Origin: a virus
Lineage: Duplodnaviria; Caudoviricetes
Direction: 5' to 3' (one strand)
IMG/VR virus record: IMGVR_UViG_3300028384_000043
Coordinates: 1-61,031 of that record
Length of the DNA stretch: 61,031 nt
The translations under genes and the position numbers were made by a program. Numbering within the stretch: the first letter of the stretch is position 1; every line of letters begins with the position of its first letter. Below the pieces are notes generated by a model, which was not told the DNA's origin, did not search any database, and saw only the letters and a program-made list of their open reading frames with translations. Shown one piece after another: positions 43,545 through 53,309 of the stretch.

Positions 43545-43966
43545 TGTACGAGTATAAGTGTGGTGTAACTAGAATCGTTGATGGTGATACGGTTGATTGT
43601 GAAATAGACCTAGGCTTCGATATTATATATAAGTCTCGTGTCAGACTATACGGAATAGACACGCCAGAATCACGAACAAGAGATTTAGATGAAAAAGCTA
43701 GAGGTAAACTAGCTTCTAAGTTTTTAGCAGATCATATACTACATGCTGATAAGTTAGTAATACAAACAAAACTAGACAAGAAAGGGAAGTTCGGTAGAGT
43801 TCTAGGCGTCATCGTTGCAGATGGCGTGGATCTAAACCAAGCGCTTATAGATAATTATCTAGCTGTTGCTTACACAGGGCAAAGCAAAGATGACATAGAA
43901 GCACAACATTTAGCAAACAAGGAGGAGCTGTTAAAGCTTGGAAAATATGAAGAAGTTATTAACTAA
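43544..43966 (+). CDS. Thermonuclease (SNase-like)
   Basis: RIVDGDT, RVRLYGIDTPE, KFGRVL. Confidence 0.9.
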   Translation: MYEYKCGVTRIVDGDTVDCEIDLGFDIIYKSRVRLYGIDTPESRTRDLDEKARGKLASKFLADHILHADKLVIQTKLDKKGKFGRVLGVIVADGVDLNQALIDNYLAVAYTGQSKDDIEAQHLANKEELLKLGKYEEVIN

Positions 43967-44417
43967 CATCGTAGGGAGCGTAGCTCCAACATTAGGTGCA
44001 GCACTAGGTGGCCCATTAGGTGGCATGGCTGGTGATGTTATATCAAAAGTTTTAGGTGTAGAAAACAATCCAGCATCGTTGGAAAAAGCAATTGCATCTG
44101 CTTCTCCAGAACAACTCATGGAGATAAAGAAAGCAGAGATAGCTTTTGAAAAACAAATGAAAGAGCTTGACGTAGATTTGTACAAGCTAGAAACACAAGA
44201 GAAACAAGATGCACGAAAGACTTTTAGCAAAGACTGGACTGCAAGAATTATAGGTATAGCCATGGTCGGTGGTTTTCTTGGTTATATCTTCCTCGTAACG
44301 CTACAGCCACCGGAGCAAAACAGTGAGGCCCTGATTAATCTCGTGCTAGGCTACTTAGGCGGCTTAGCGTCTGCGGTCATATCCTTTTATTTCGGGGCCT
44401 CCAATAAACAAGACTGA
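43947..44417 (+). CDS. Holin-like membrane protein
   Basis: APTL..ALGGPLGG, coiled coil, two TMs ending FYFG.S. Confidence 0.65.
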   Translation: MKKLLTNIVGSVAPTLGAALGGPLGGMAGDVISKVLGVENNPASLEKAIASASPEQLMEIKKAEIAFEKQMKELDVDLYKLETQEKQDARKTFSKDWTARIIGIAMVGGFLGYIFLVTLQPPEQNSEALINLVLGYLGGLASAVISFYFGASNKQD

Positions 44418-44767
44418 TGGATTCAGCAGTAACCCTTATACAAGAAGTTGGGTTCCCTATAGCAGCAGCTTTAGGTTTAGGGTGGTTCATCTACAAGTTA
44501 ATCATGCGTATCGTAGACGGCATGGAAACTAAACTAGACGTAGTAGATGAGAAAGTAGCAGAGCAGATTGCAGCCATAGAAGAACGCCTGGGGGGTAAAC
44601 TTGATTCCCAGCATGGTATTCTGGTAGCATTAATAGATAGAATACGTAGCCTAGACAACGAAATCATTAGGCAGGACACGTTAATTAAAACTATTTTAGG
44701 AGTGCCGCAGCTAATTGATAGCAACAAGATAGCTAAGGCAGACAGAGATGACCAAAGGAAAGATTAG
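44417..44767 (+). CDS. Membrane-anchored coiled-coil protein
   Basis: VGFPIAA N-terminal TM followed by coiled coil. Confidence 0.65.
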   Translation: MDSAVTLIQEVGFPIAAALGLGWFIYKLIMRIVDGMETKLDVVDEKVAEQIAAIEERLGGKLDSQHGILVALIDRIRSLDNEIIRQDTLIKTILGVPQLIDSNKIAKADRDDQRKD

Positions 44768-45194
44768 TTTAGTACTACTTTTTGCAGTTAGCGTCAGCGC
44801 TGATGAAATGGTGCACAAATTCAAGAACCCTTCCTTTAGTGGAGTAGGTACATCTTCGCATTATCTAACTATTGAGAACCAAGAATATAATAGGAAAGAA
44901 GCAAACAAGGCTGAACTGAAAGCCTATAAAGAACAGTTAAAAAGGGACGCCGAAAACACTACACTTGCCAGGTTTATACGTAACCTAGAGAGTAGAATTT
45001 ATGCACAGCTATCTAGACAGTTAGTAGACGCATTGTTTGGAGAGACACCGAGTACATCGGGTGTCTTGGAACTGATGGGTAATACTATTGAGTATTCTGT
45101 AAGTGAAGACGGCACTATGATAACGTTGAAGATTACAGACCCAGATGGAAATACTACAGAAATTACCGTACCTATTGGTTCCTTTACTTTCTAG
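44748..45194 (+). CDS. csgF: Curli assembly protein CsgF-like
   Basis: Signal peptide then KFKNPSFSG; F..NL.SR...QLS.QL...LFG; TEITVP. Confidence 0.85.
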   Translation: MTKGKISLVLLFAVSVSADEMVHKFKNPSFSGVGTSSHYLTIENQEYNRKEANKAELKAYKEQLKRDAENTTLARFIRNLESRIYAQLSRQLVDALFGETPSTSGVLELMGNTIEYSVSEDGTMITLKITDPDGNTTEITVPIGSFTF

Positions 45195-45957
45195 TTGCGC
45201 GTCATTACTGTTTGACCCGATAGAAAATAATATAAACCCTGTACGACATATAGAAGAAGCTACTATAGATGAGCTAGTTATTACTGAGCTTGCTGATGTT
45301 CGTACACCTACCAGAAAACCTACTGTTGCAGTGTACGCAAGTGCATTTACAGACCAAACAGGCCAGAGACTTAGCAACTCTATGTATGCAAGTTTCTCTA
45401 CAGCTGTTACTCAACAGCCGAGTGCATACTTAATCAAAGCGTTGAAAGATGCAGGTAGTAATAATGATGGTTTCTTTACCGTGGTCGAACGTATAGGTAT
45501 AGATAATCTGACTAAAGAAAGACAAATCATAAGAAGTGGCAGAGAGCAAAATAATGACATAAATAAACTAGGCACGCTTTTGTTTGCTGGTTTGTTATTA
45601 GAAGGTTCTGTTGTTGCTTATGAAGCAAACGAGACTAGTGGTGGTGCTGGGGCTCGTTATTTAGGTGTTGGTATATCTAAGGCCTACAGAACTGATACGT
45701 TGACGATCCAGCTTCGTCTTATATCAGTTAGTAGCGGTCAAGTACTGATTGAGAAATTAGTAACTAAGACCATTCTTAGTGTATCATTAACAGACGACGT
45801 GTTTCGCTTTATCGAGGATGGCACTGAGCTAGTCGAGATAGAAAGTGGTGTAGTTAGGAATGAGTCAGGAAGTCTTGCTCTGCGCTCTGCTATAGAAACC
45901 GCCGTGTTAGGAATTATCACGGAGGGTGAACAAGCTGGATATTGGAGCTACAAATGA
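45145..45957 (+). CDS. csgG: Curli secretion channel CsgG-like lipoprotein
   Basis: Lipobox LSSC; VAVY..F.DQTGQ, FSTAVTQ, F.VVER.G.DNL.KERQIIR, GG.GARYLG.G. Confidence 0.92.
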   Translation: MEILQKLPYLLVPLLSSCASLLFDPIENNINPVRHIEEATIDELVITELADVRTPTRKPTVAVYASAFTDQTGQRLSNSMYASFSTAVTQQPSAYLIKALKDAGSNNDGFFTVVERIGIDNLTKERQIIRSGREQNNDINKLGTLLFAGLLLEGSVVAYEANETSGGAGARYLGVGISKAYRTDTLTIQLRLISVSSGQVLIEKLVTKTILSVSLTDDVFRFIEDGTELVEIESGVVRNESGSLALRSAIETAVLGIITEGEQAGYWSYK

Positions 45958-46652
45958 AAAAACTCTTACCCTTACTGTTGGTTGGTTTTTTGTATGCAGA
46001 TAACGAAGTATACATAGATCAGTCTGGTAACAACGCCAACATAGACGTTGAACAACTAGGCTCGTCTAATATTATCGGTGGCCTAAACGCTGCTACTGGT
46101 AACATGACTCCTCTTGACCTTGACGGTTTAAATCTAACTTTAGATATAAACCAAATAGGTAGTTCAAATAAATTTCTTGGTGACATCTTAGCTGATGGCA
46201 TTACAGGTTTCTTTGAGTTTGACGGAGACAGTAACGACTTCACGATACAAGTAGACCCGACTGACACTTATGGTGCAGACGACGGTGACTTCAATGTAGA
46301 TGTAACAGGTTCAAGTAATGACTTTACTCTGGACATAGGTACAACTGCTCTTGCTTCTACACTTGACCTAGACTGGGTTATACAAGGCGACTCTAACACA
46401 CTCGACTTTGATATAAACTATGACTTAGGTACATCATATGTAGATATAGATGGTGACTCTAACACTGTGAACTTTAGTGGTAGTGGTAAACAAGGTGGAT
46501 ACTTCTACCTAGATCAGACAGGCAATGGCAGAACTTACAACATTACACAATCATCTACGTTGGCAGCCGATTGGCTTAAGATTATTTCTACTGGTGGTAG
46601 TGGTACTATGTGCGTCATTCAGAATGACGGCGGCACAAGCACCAGCTGCTAG
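45954..46652 (+). CDS. Secreted curlin-like beta-repeat protein
   Basis: Signal peptide; repeated (Q/D)xGxxN units such as IDQSGNNAN, EQLGSSN, NQIGSSN, FDGDSN, IQGDSN. Confidence 0.7.
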   Translation: MKKLLPLLLVGFLYADNEVYIDQSGNNANIDVEQLGSSNIIGGLNAATGNMTPLDLDGLNLTLDINQIGSSNKFLGDILADGITGFFEFDGDSNDFTIQVDPTDTYGADDGDFNVDVTGSSNDFTLDIGTTALASTLDLDWVIQGDSNTLDFDINYDLGTSYVDIDGDSNTVNFSGSGKQGGYFYLDQTGNGRTYNITQSSTLAADWLKIISTGGSGTMCVIQNDGGTSTSC

Positions 46653-47679
46653 TATTGGAGATATATCAGAGCTTACAGGCACTGCTGAAGTTATAAGGGA
46701 TCAGCCTTATGGGGCTGAGCTCGACTTTCCTATCCAACAGATGGACGATGTACGGACCACTGTTGGTAGGATAGCTATTACCTTTTTAGATGATTCCATT
46801 GTTAAATTAACCGAGCACTCGAAGCTCGTCATTACTGAATATATCTACGACCCAGACCCATCTAAAGGTAAGATGGCAATGAAGTTTGCCAATGGTACTG
46901 CTAGATTTATCAGTAGCAAACTAGGCAAAATTGATAAAAAGAATATTAGACTATCTACACCTACGGCTGACATTGCTATTCGTGGAACCGACTTTACGTG
47001 TACTGTGGATGAACTTGGACGTTCGCTTATTATTCTATTACCTGATGCTAATGGTTTATCTAGTGGTGAGATACTTGTCACAACTGCAGCTGGTACTGTT
47101 ACGCTCAACAAACCATACGAAGCAACAACTGTAGATGTGTGGGAGAACTCTCCTAGCAGTCCTGTTATATTAGATCTAACACTAGACATCATAGACAACA
47201 TGTTAATTGTCGCTCCTCCGGATGAAGAAAACTTATCCACAGAACAATCCACAGCGTCCGTAGCAGATAGTGGTGCCATATTAGATATAGATTATCTAGA
47301 GTTTAACGAACTAGAACAAGACTACCTAGCTGAAGACGCCTTAGAGTTCACAGAATTAGATATAAATTTTTTAGATGTAAATTTCTTTGAAGACCTATTA
47401 GCAATCATAGAAGAAGTAGATCAGTTAAGTGCAGACAACTTATCCACAGGCACACTTGTACAAGGTACGGCTATAGGACAAGACTTAGAGACACAAATAA
47501 TTACATTGCTCCAGGGCGAAGAGATTGCTTTCCAAAGAAAGGTTACGCAGAACGCTCAGTTGACCGTAGATGCTTCGCAGGGGTACACTATTATATTAAT
47601 ACAGGACGGTAAGTACCAACAAATTGTAGTGAACGGTGGAGGCAACTCTACTATAACAATTACACAGGGGTCAGGATGA
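46525..47679 (+). CDS. FecR-domain exported protein (start uncertain)
   Basis: D.VRT, ITFLDDS.VKL.EHS, TPTA.IAIRGTDF; hydrophobic N-terminus. Confidence 0.82.
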   Translation: MAELTTLHNHLRWQPIGLRLFLLVVVVLCASFRMTAAQAPAASIGDISELTGTAEVIRDQPYGAELDFPIQQMDDVRTTVGRIAITFLDDSIVKLTEHSKLVITEYIYDPDPSKGKMAMKFANGTARFISSKLGKIDKKNIRLSTPTADIAIRGTDFTCTVDELGRSLIILLPDANGLSSGEILVTTAAGTVTLNKPYEATTVDVWENSPSSPVILDLTLDIIDNMLIVAPPDEENLSTEQSTASVADSGAILDIDYLEFNELEQDYLAEDALEFTELDINFLDVNFFEDLLAIIEEVDQLSADNLSTGTLVQGTAIGQDLETQIITLLQGEEIAFQRKVTQNAQLTVDASQGYTIILIQDGKYQQIVVNGGGNSTITITQGSG

Positions 47680-48056
47680 TCGGATTTACATGCGGAGCTT
47701 TTGATTTATTACATGCAGGACATGTAGTTATGTTTAAAGAAGCTAAAAAGAATTGTGATTACTTAATAGTAGGATTGCAAACAGACCCAAGCATAGACAG
47801 ACAAGAAAAAAACCAACCTATTCAATCTATTTACGAACGTTATATACAACTCCAGGCAGTTAAATATATAGATGAAGTCATACCTTATGACACAGAAAAA
47901 AGTTTAATTGATTTACTAGAAAGCACAGAGATACATTTAAGGTTTATAGGAGAAGACTATGTAGATAAACACTTTACGGGCAAAGGCATGCATGAAGTGT
48001 ACTACACAAACCGTAAGCACTCTTTCTCTAGCACAGAACTAAGGAATAGAAGATGA
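47676..48056 (+). CDS. Glycerol-3-phosphate cytidylyltransferase-like protein (TagD family)
   Basis: GAFDLLHAGH, LIVGL, ER, GEDY, R..SFSSTELR. Confidence 0.88.
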   Translation: MIGFTCGAFDLLHAGHVVMFKEAKKNCDYLIVGLQTDPSIDRQEKNQPIQSIYERYIQLQAVKYIDEVIPYDTEKSLIDLLESTEIHLRFIGEDYVDKHFTGKGMHEVYYTNRKHSFSSTELRNRR

Positions 48057-49804
48057 AGAAATGGTATTCGTATGTTGCAGTTGGGTTGTTGACTATACCT
48101 TTGTTGTTTAATTGGCAGGCACTAGAGGTACTTAAGTTAAAAACATTTGATGCTTTCGTACAGAAAGAAGAACCATCTGGCTGGTTTGTAACGTTAGATA
48201 TAACAGAAGATGATGTAGCAGCTGCAGGTGGGTGGCCGTATCCGCGCCAGGACTTAGCACGTATTCAGTTAGATCTACTAGAAGCAGGTGCTTTAGGTGT
48301 AGGTTGGGTTGTTGCTTTTCCACAAGCAGACAGGTTTGGTGGGGATAAAGCATTTGCAGATGCCTTGCTACAAGGTCCGAGTGTTATTGCTACCTTTGAA
48401 GGTGGGGCTTCGTATGCTCCAACTACAGGCACAGTCATACTAGGAGATGGTATACCTATACAAGCTATAGAAGCTCAAGGTGTTATTGGCAATGTACCCG
48501 TGCTAGCAGAGTCAGCTTACCAGGGGCTGGCAGTTGCACGAACTGATGTAGATAATTTAGTTAGACGTTTACCTTTATTGTTACAGACACCTGATGGTTG
48601 GACGCCGTCGTTTGGTATACAAGTAATGAAGATGCTTGGTGGCGCAGATACGTACATTATTAAAGGGCAGCAAGGGCAGATCGAAGAACTAACTGTACCT
48701 AACTACGCACAAATACCTGTAGATAGCATTGGCCGTCGTTGGGTATCTTGGGTTGATACTCCAAGCACAAGCCTGGAAGAGATGGATGTACGAGATAAGT
48801 TTGTGTTTGTAGGTGTGAGTGCAAAAGGTGTCATGCCTCAAATAGCTACGCCAGTTGGATTGTTGTACCCACATGAGATACAAGCCGCATTAGCTGAGAG
48901 TATGACAATGGATGTACCAGCTATACCAGGCAATGCTCTACTATATGAATTACTTATATTACTTACTGTACTAACATTAGTCATAGTTATAATACGTACA
49001 CTAGGGCTCGTCGGGACTTTAGTAGGGACCGTGGGCCTCGTATCGTTAACCGCGGTCGGTGGTTGGTACTTAATTGTATCTAATATACTTATAGACGTAA
49101 CTTATAGTATATTATCAGTTATACTTATATCAGTACAAGAATTCTATTTACGCTTTAACGAACAATTTAAACTCAGACAATTGATAAAGAAACAGTTTGA
49201 ACACTACTTAGATCCGAAACAAGTTGCACGATTGCAAAACAACCCTAACTTATTAAAGTTAGGTGGGGAAAAGCGTACTTGTACATTCTTGTTCACAGAC
49301 GTTAGGGGGTTCACAAATCTGTCCGAAAAGTTATCTCCTGAAGAAGTAACACAAATAATGAATAAAGCTCTTACCGTACAAGTTGAATGCATTCAGGCTC
49401 ATGGTGGTATGGTAGACAAGTTCATAGGCGACGCATGTATGGCCATCTTTAACGCCCCCCTCGATATTGATGAACATGAACGACGTGCCGTCGCCTGTGC
49501 CCAAGATATGCGTACGGCTATGCGCATGCTGCAAAAAGAATTGCCCGAACCGATTGCTATAGGTATAGGTGTTAATACAGGTGAGGCAGTTATAGGTAAC
49601 ATGGGCTCGGATAACAGGTTTGATTATTCGGCAATAGGAGATGCTGTGAACACGGCCGCACGATTAGAGAGTGCAACGAAAGAAGCTGGAGTAGATATAT
49701 TAATTGGTGAGTCTACTGCTAAAAAGATGCCGTTTGATCTGACACTATTAGCCCCCATCAAAGTAAAAGGCAAAGCAAAACCTTTGAAAGTGTATACTAT
49801 ATAG
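48053..49804 (+). CDS. CHASE2-domain membrane class III adenylate cyclase
   Basis: GWPYPR, D.D..VRR, three TMs, FTDVRGFT, DKFIGDA, RFDYSAIGDAVNTAARLES. Confidence 0.92.
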   Translation: MKKWYSYVAVGLLTIPLLFNWQALEVLKLKTFDAFVQKEEPSGWFVTLDITEDDVAAAGGWPYPRQDLARIQLDLLEAGALGVGWVVAFPQADRFGGDKAFADALLQGPSVIATFEGGASYAPTTGTVILGDGIPIQAIEAQGVIGNVPVLAESAYQGLAVARTDVDNLVRRLPLLLQTPDGWTPSFGIQVMKMLGGADTYIIKGQQGQIEELTVPNYAQIPVDSIGRRWVSWVDTPSTSLEEMDVRDKFVFVGVSAKGVMPQIATPVGLLYPHEIQAALAESMTMDVPAIPGNALLYELLILLTVLTLVIVIIRTLGLVGTLVGTVGLVSLTAVGGWYLIVSNILIDVTYSILSVILISVQEFYLRFNEQFKLRQLIKKQFEHYLDPKQVARLQNNPNLLKLGGEKRTCTFLFTDVRGFTNLSEKLSPEEVTQIMNKALTVQVECIQAHGGMVDKFIGDACMAIFNAPLDIDEHERRAVACAQDMRTAMRMLQKELPEPIAIGIGVNTGEAVIGNMGSDNRFDYSAIGDAVNTAARLESATKEAGVDILIGESTAKKMPFDLTLLAPIKVKGKAKPLKVYTI

Positions 49805-50050
49805 ATGCCAAGAAACTATAAACAAGAATACGAAAGATATCACAAGTCACCTGAGCAAAAGAAACGTCGTGCGGCACGAAATAAAATACGCAGACAGCTA
49901 TTAAGTAGTGGTAGAGTTAGAAAAGGTAGTCGTGTTGATGTACATCATAGAGATGGAAATCCAGAAAATAACTCTCCAGGCAATATTGTTTTGCAAGATA
50001 GGTCAAAAAACCGTTCTTTCGCCAGAAATAGCAAATCTGGGAAAAAATGA
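49805..50050 (+). CDS. Small HNH-like endonuclease
   Basis: DVHHRDGNPENN...N......NRS. Confidence 0.75.
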   Translation: MPRNYKQEYERYHKSPEQKKRRAARNKIRRQLLSSGRVRKGSRVDVHHRDGNPENNSPGNIVLQDRSKNRSFARNSKSGKK

Positions 50051-50108
50051 CCTCACAGAATGGCGTGTAACGCATTTTGTTAGGGTACCTAAAGCCTTAG
50101 GTCCAAAA

Positions 50109-50372
50109 CTATATGAAATCGTTTGGCGGGCTTGTACGTGCGTCCTCTGCGTTTTCTTCTTTTTCGAGTGTTTTAATGAGTCTTTTTAGATACCATTCGG
50201 CTTTTAAGACATCTTGTAGTCCTTTTTTGGCTTCGTAACGCCACATATACTTTTGAATGTTACCTTTAAGATAACCCTTGAACGCTTCAGGGGTCATGCT
50301 TTCTTCGATTGCCACAATACATTCCACGTTTCCTGTGTTGTAATGCGGAGGTGAGTTTACATAATCAGTCAT
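50109..50372 (-). CDS. DUF3310 (T7 gp1.7-like) protein
   Basis: VNSPPHY, ECI, GN..KY.WRY..K...D..KA.WYL. Confidence 0.85.
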   Translation of the reverse strand: MTDYVNSPPHYNTGNVECIVAIEESMTPEAFKGYLKGNIQKYMWRYEAKKGLQDVLKAEWYLKRLIKTLEKEENAEDARTSPPNDFI

Positions 50373-50766
50373 TTGTTTCTCCTAAACAAAAATGTGTTAG
50401 TCCTTCTACAAACATTGTAAAAGATATAGCTTGTTTTTGAAATTGTTTTAGTGTGATGTGTGTGAGTGTAAAGTCTTCAGTAATGTACACGAGATCCCCA
50501 GATGCAAAAACTACGTACGTGAAGACACCATGTTCTTTCTGGCGAGTAAGCCAAATGCGCTGTTGCTCAGATAAGTTAATTTTTATTTTTGAGTTAAGCT
50601 TTGCAGGCAAGTCTTCTTTGTACTTATATTCGATCCAACAATGATTGTTAGGACCTGAGTAGTAAGTGTCCGATACACCTCCGTGGTAAGGGTCGTTGAT
50701 CTTCCACCTATAAATTTCTTTAGGCAGTTTTCTGTGAACCTTATTTATGAACTCCTTTTCACGCAC
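50365..50766 (-). CDS. VRR-NUC/resolvase-like PD-(D/E)xK nuclease
   Basis: GVSD, WIEYK, LSEQQ..W. Confidence 0.7.
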   Translation of the reverse strand: MREKEFINKVHRKLPKEIYRWKINDPYHGGVSDTYYSGPNNHCWIEYKYKEDLPAKLNSKIKINLSEQQRIWLTRQKEHGVFTYVVFASGDLVYITEDFTLTHITLKQFQKQAISFTMFVEGLTHFCLGETND

Positions 50767-50829
50767 ATCCTGAGTATAGCATACGTACTTGGATGCGACA
50801 GTATATGTCGCACCCGTACGAACACTTAC

Positions 50830-51504
50830 CTAGGACTTAGCAAATGTTTTGTTGTAAAAACCTTTTGCAATTTCGTAAGTTTCTTCTTTCAACCAACCAA
50901 CGTTAGAAACAGAAATGTTCATGAACCGTTGTCCAGCTTTGTTAGCTGTTTGCACGGAAGACATTTTCCATAAAGAAGAGAATCTATCGCCCCCTAACTT
51001 AGCAATTTGTGTGTTCCATTCTCTAGAAACTCTTAGTTTAGAGATTGAACAGTCAAACAAGAAAGGTATATCTGATATATCTCCTGTCTTTTCATCTACT
51101 TTTAACAGTGTATGAGTTTGAGTTCTGTTTATATCATAGTCATCTACTTTAAGACCTTCATCTTCTAGATGTTGTAGTGCTTCTGCTTGAGAGTTAAAAG
51201 TCCCTACAAGACCACCACCTTTTTCTAGTTGTTTCCACACCACAAACTCTTCTTTGAAGTGTACGTTAACTAGATAAAGTTCTTTACCGTAGTTTTCTTT
51301 GGTTACAGTATTGATGAAGTCACCTACTTTAGCGCCTTCAACATACTCGCTATGGTTTTCATCTACTTCGTTTGATAACTGTTGCAGCTGTTTCAAACGT
51401 GGTGTAGACAAATGGTCTGAGTTAATGTTTTCATTACCCAGATTTGTGCCATTTTTTACATGAGCAGGCATTGTGCTCGTTACTATACTTATATCATTAG
51501 ACAT
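50830..51504 (-). CDS. Replication-module protein, possibly ssDNA-binding
   Basis: PRLK.LQ.LS.EV, SR.WN motifs; position. Confidence 0.5.
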   Translation of the reverse strand: MSNDISIVTSTMPAHVKNGTNLGNENINSDHLSTPRLKQLQQLSNEVDENHSEYVEGAKVGDFINTVTKENYGKELYLVNVHFKEEFVVWKQLEKGGGLVGTFNSQAEALQHLEDEGLKVDDYDINRTQTHTLLKVDEKTGDISDIPFLFDCSISKLRVSREWNTQIAKLGGDRFSSLWKMSSVQTANKAGQRFMNISVSNVGWLKEETYEIAKGFYNKTFAKS

Positions 51505-51536
51505 AGAACGTTCTCCTTTTTAATCTAATATTAATA

Positions 51537-51905
51537 TTATGCTGACCTGAAATTAATTCTGGTCAACTCCGTACTTTTAACACCAGGTACATCAATACCA
51601 AGTGTTATAAGTTCTCTGTAAGCCGTTGCAGACACACGTTTTTGCAAAAGCTCAAACTGACCTGTGTCTGTTACGTGCTGGTGCAATGCATCCCAATCTT
51701 CTACAGTTGGCACAATCTCATTTTTAAGTGAAATTGTACAAATATCATTAGAGATCTTGTCGAGCCCTTGCTCTTGCATCCTAATAGATATTTGACTTTC
51801 TAGTTCGCGTTGCTGTGACTTCAAAAGCTTTTCTTCTGACTGCACAACTTTGATTTGGTTACGAACTTTAGCTGTTTCTGCTAATAAATCATTTAATTTT
51901 TTCAT
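51537..51905 (-). CDS. Conserved phage hypothetical protein
   Basis: V.DWD, LLQKRVS..AY.E, VPGV. Confidence 0.7.
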   Translation of the reverse strand: MKKLNDLLAETAKVRNQIKVVQSEEKLLKSQQRELESQISIRMQEQGLDKISNDICTISLKNEIVPTVEDWDALHQHVTDTGQFELLQKRVSATAYRELITLGIDVPGVKSTELTRINFRSA

Positions 51906-53248
51906 GATACCTCCTTTAAGATATGTAATAAGTTTTCCATACGACCTAACTTAGTATTAAGTTTTTTATACACCTCAGGTTCCCAAGTATTTCTAGCTTG
52001 GATGAGTATTGTTTCAGTCTTTTGTGTTTGGCCTGCACGATAAATACGCTGGTTGAATTGTTGGTAATGCTCAGCATTATATGTAGGTGAACACCAGATT
52101 ACTGTATTAGCTTTAGTCAAAGTAAGACCGTGGCCGGCTGACTGTGGGTGACAAAACAGAACTTTAATTTGTCCTGCTTGGTACCTAGATACTATGTCTT
52201 TTCTACGTTCAGCTGGTATAGAACCATCAATAATCTCAAATGTATAACCTTCTTTCTGTGCTAGTTCTACTAGTGCATCACGTTCGTGTTTCCAGTTAAA
52301 TGCTACGAGGCTGTGGGCCCGTTGTCCGACAAGTGTCATAACTATGTCGTATCTTTCTTGGTGTACGAACTGGACAACACCGTCTTCATCGTACACAGCA
52401 CCTGTTACAAGTTGTAGCAGTTTTTTGACACGAGCTGCTGCATGTACAGCGTTGACTGTACCTGACTTAGTATACAAGACAGACTCATCTGCCAGCGTTT
52501 TGTATTGTTTTTGTACGTTAGGAGTTAGCTTAGTGTTGACTGTACGTACAATGTTATCTGGTAGATCCATGCAATCAGACAGAGCAAACCGTATGGATAT
52601 GTCAGATAGCTTGTTAGCTACAGCTTCTTCTATGCCAGGCTTATCAATCCATTCATTAGCAAAGCCATTGAACTTTGGTGTACAAGCTTGGTGTCTGAAT
52701 GCATAGAACCTAGAGCCCAGACGTTCCCCGCCATCGACGAGGAAGACTGGATGCCAGATATCTAGAATAGTATTACTATTAGGAGTACCAGACATGGCAA
52801 TCCTATTAGTAAAATATGAGATAATTTTGTTGAGATTTTTACTACGTTTGGCTTCTCTATTTTTAAAAGCGGTAAACTCGTCAATAACGATTGTATCGAA
52901 CTGCTTACAATACTGTGGATTTTTTTGTAAGAAGTTGACAGCTTCAAAATTAGTGATGACCATTTCGTTTGTATCATCTTCAAATATTTTTGCACGATTT
53001 TTTGCATAAGCTACTCCATATTTTATTTGAGGTTGGAACTTACTTATGTCCTCCCCCCACGCTGCTTCCAATATTGAAAGTGGCGCCAAGACTAATGTCC
53101 TGCCTCCAAGTATAGCATGCGCGTCTAGCACTGCACGTGTTTTACCAGTGCCTGGGTCTGACGTAATCAGACAACACTTGGTGTCTACTATAAAATCTGT
53201 TGTTGTTTTTTGATGCGCGTAAGGCGCAGGGATATTATTATTTATCAT
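51902..53248 (-). CDS. SNF2-like superfamily 2 helicase
   Basis: DPGTGKT, VIDE, SGTP, GHGLTL, Q...RIYRAGQ. Confidence 0.9.
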   Translation of the reverse strand: MINNNIPAPYAHQKTTTDFIVDTKCCLITSDPGTGKTRAVLDAHAILGGRTLVLAPLSILEAAWGEDISKFQPQIKYGVAYAKNRAKIFEDDTNEMVITNFEAVNFLQKNPQYCKQFDTIVIDEFTAFKNREAKRSKNLNKIISYFTNRIAMSGTPNSNTILDIWHPVFLVDGGERLGSRFYAFRHQACTPKFNGFANEWIDKPGIEEAVANKLSDISIRFALSDCMDLPDNIVRTVNTKLTPNVQKQYKTLADESVLYTKSGTVNAVHAAARVKKLLQLVTGAVYDEDGVVQFVHQERYDIVMTLVGQRAHSLVAFNWKHERDALVELAQKEGYTFEIIDGSIPAERRKDIVSRYQAGQIKVLFCHPQSAGHGLTLTKANTVIWCSPTYNAEHYQQFNQRIYRAGQTQKTETILIQARNTWEPEVYKKLNTKLGRMENLLHILKEVS

Positions 53249-53309
53249 CTATACTCCACCATTGCGTTCGGTGTTATTTGGGTGAACGCTTATGTAATGT
53301 TAATTATAC

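Noticed and set aside
47233-47448. Two TTATCCACA DnaA boxes
   Set aside because: Both lie in coding sequence as Leu-Ser-Thr codons; probably chance
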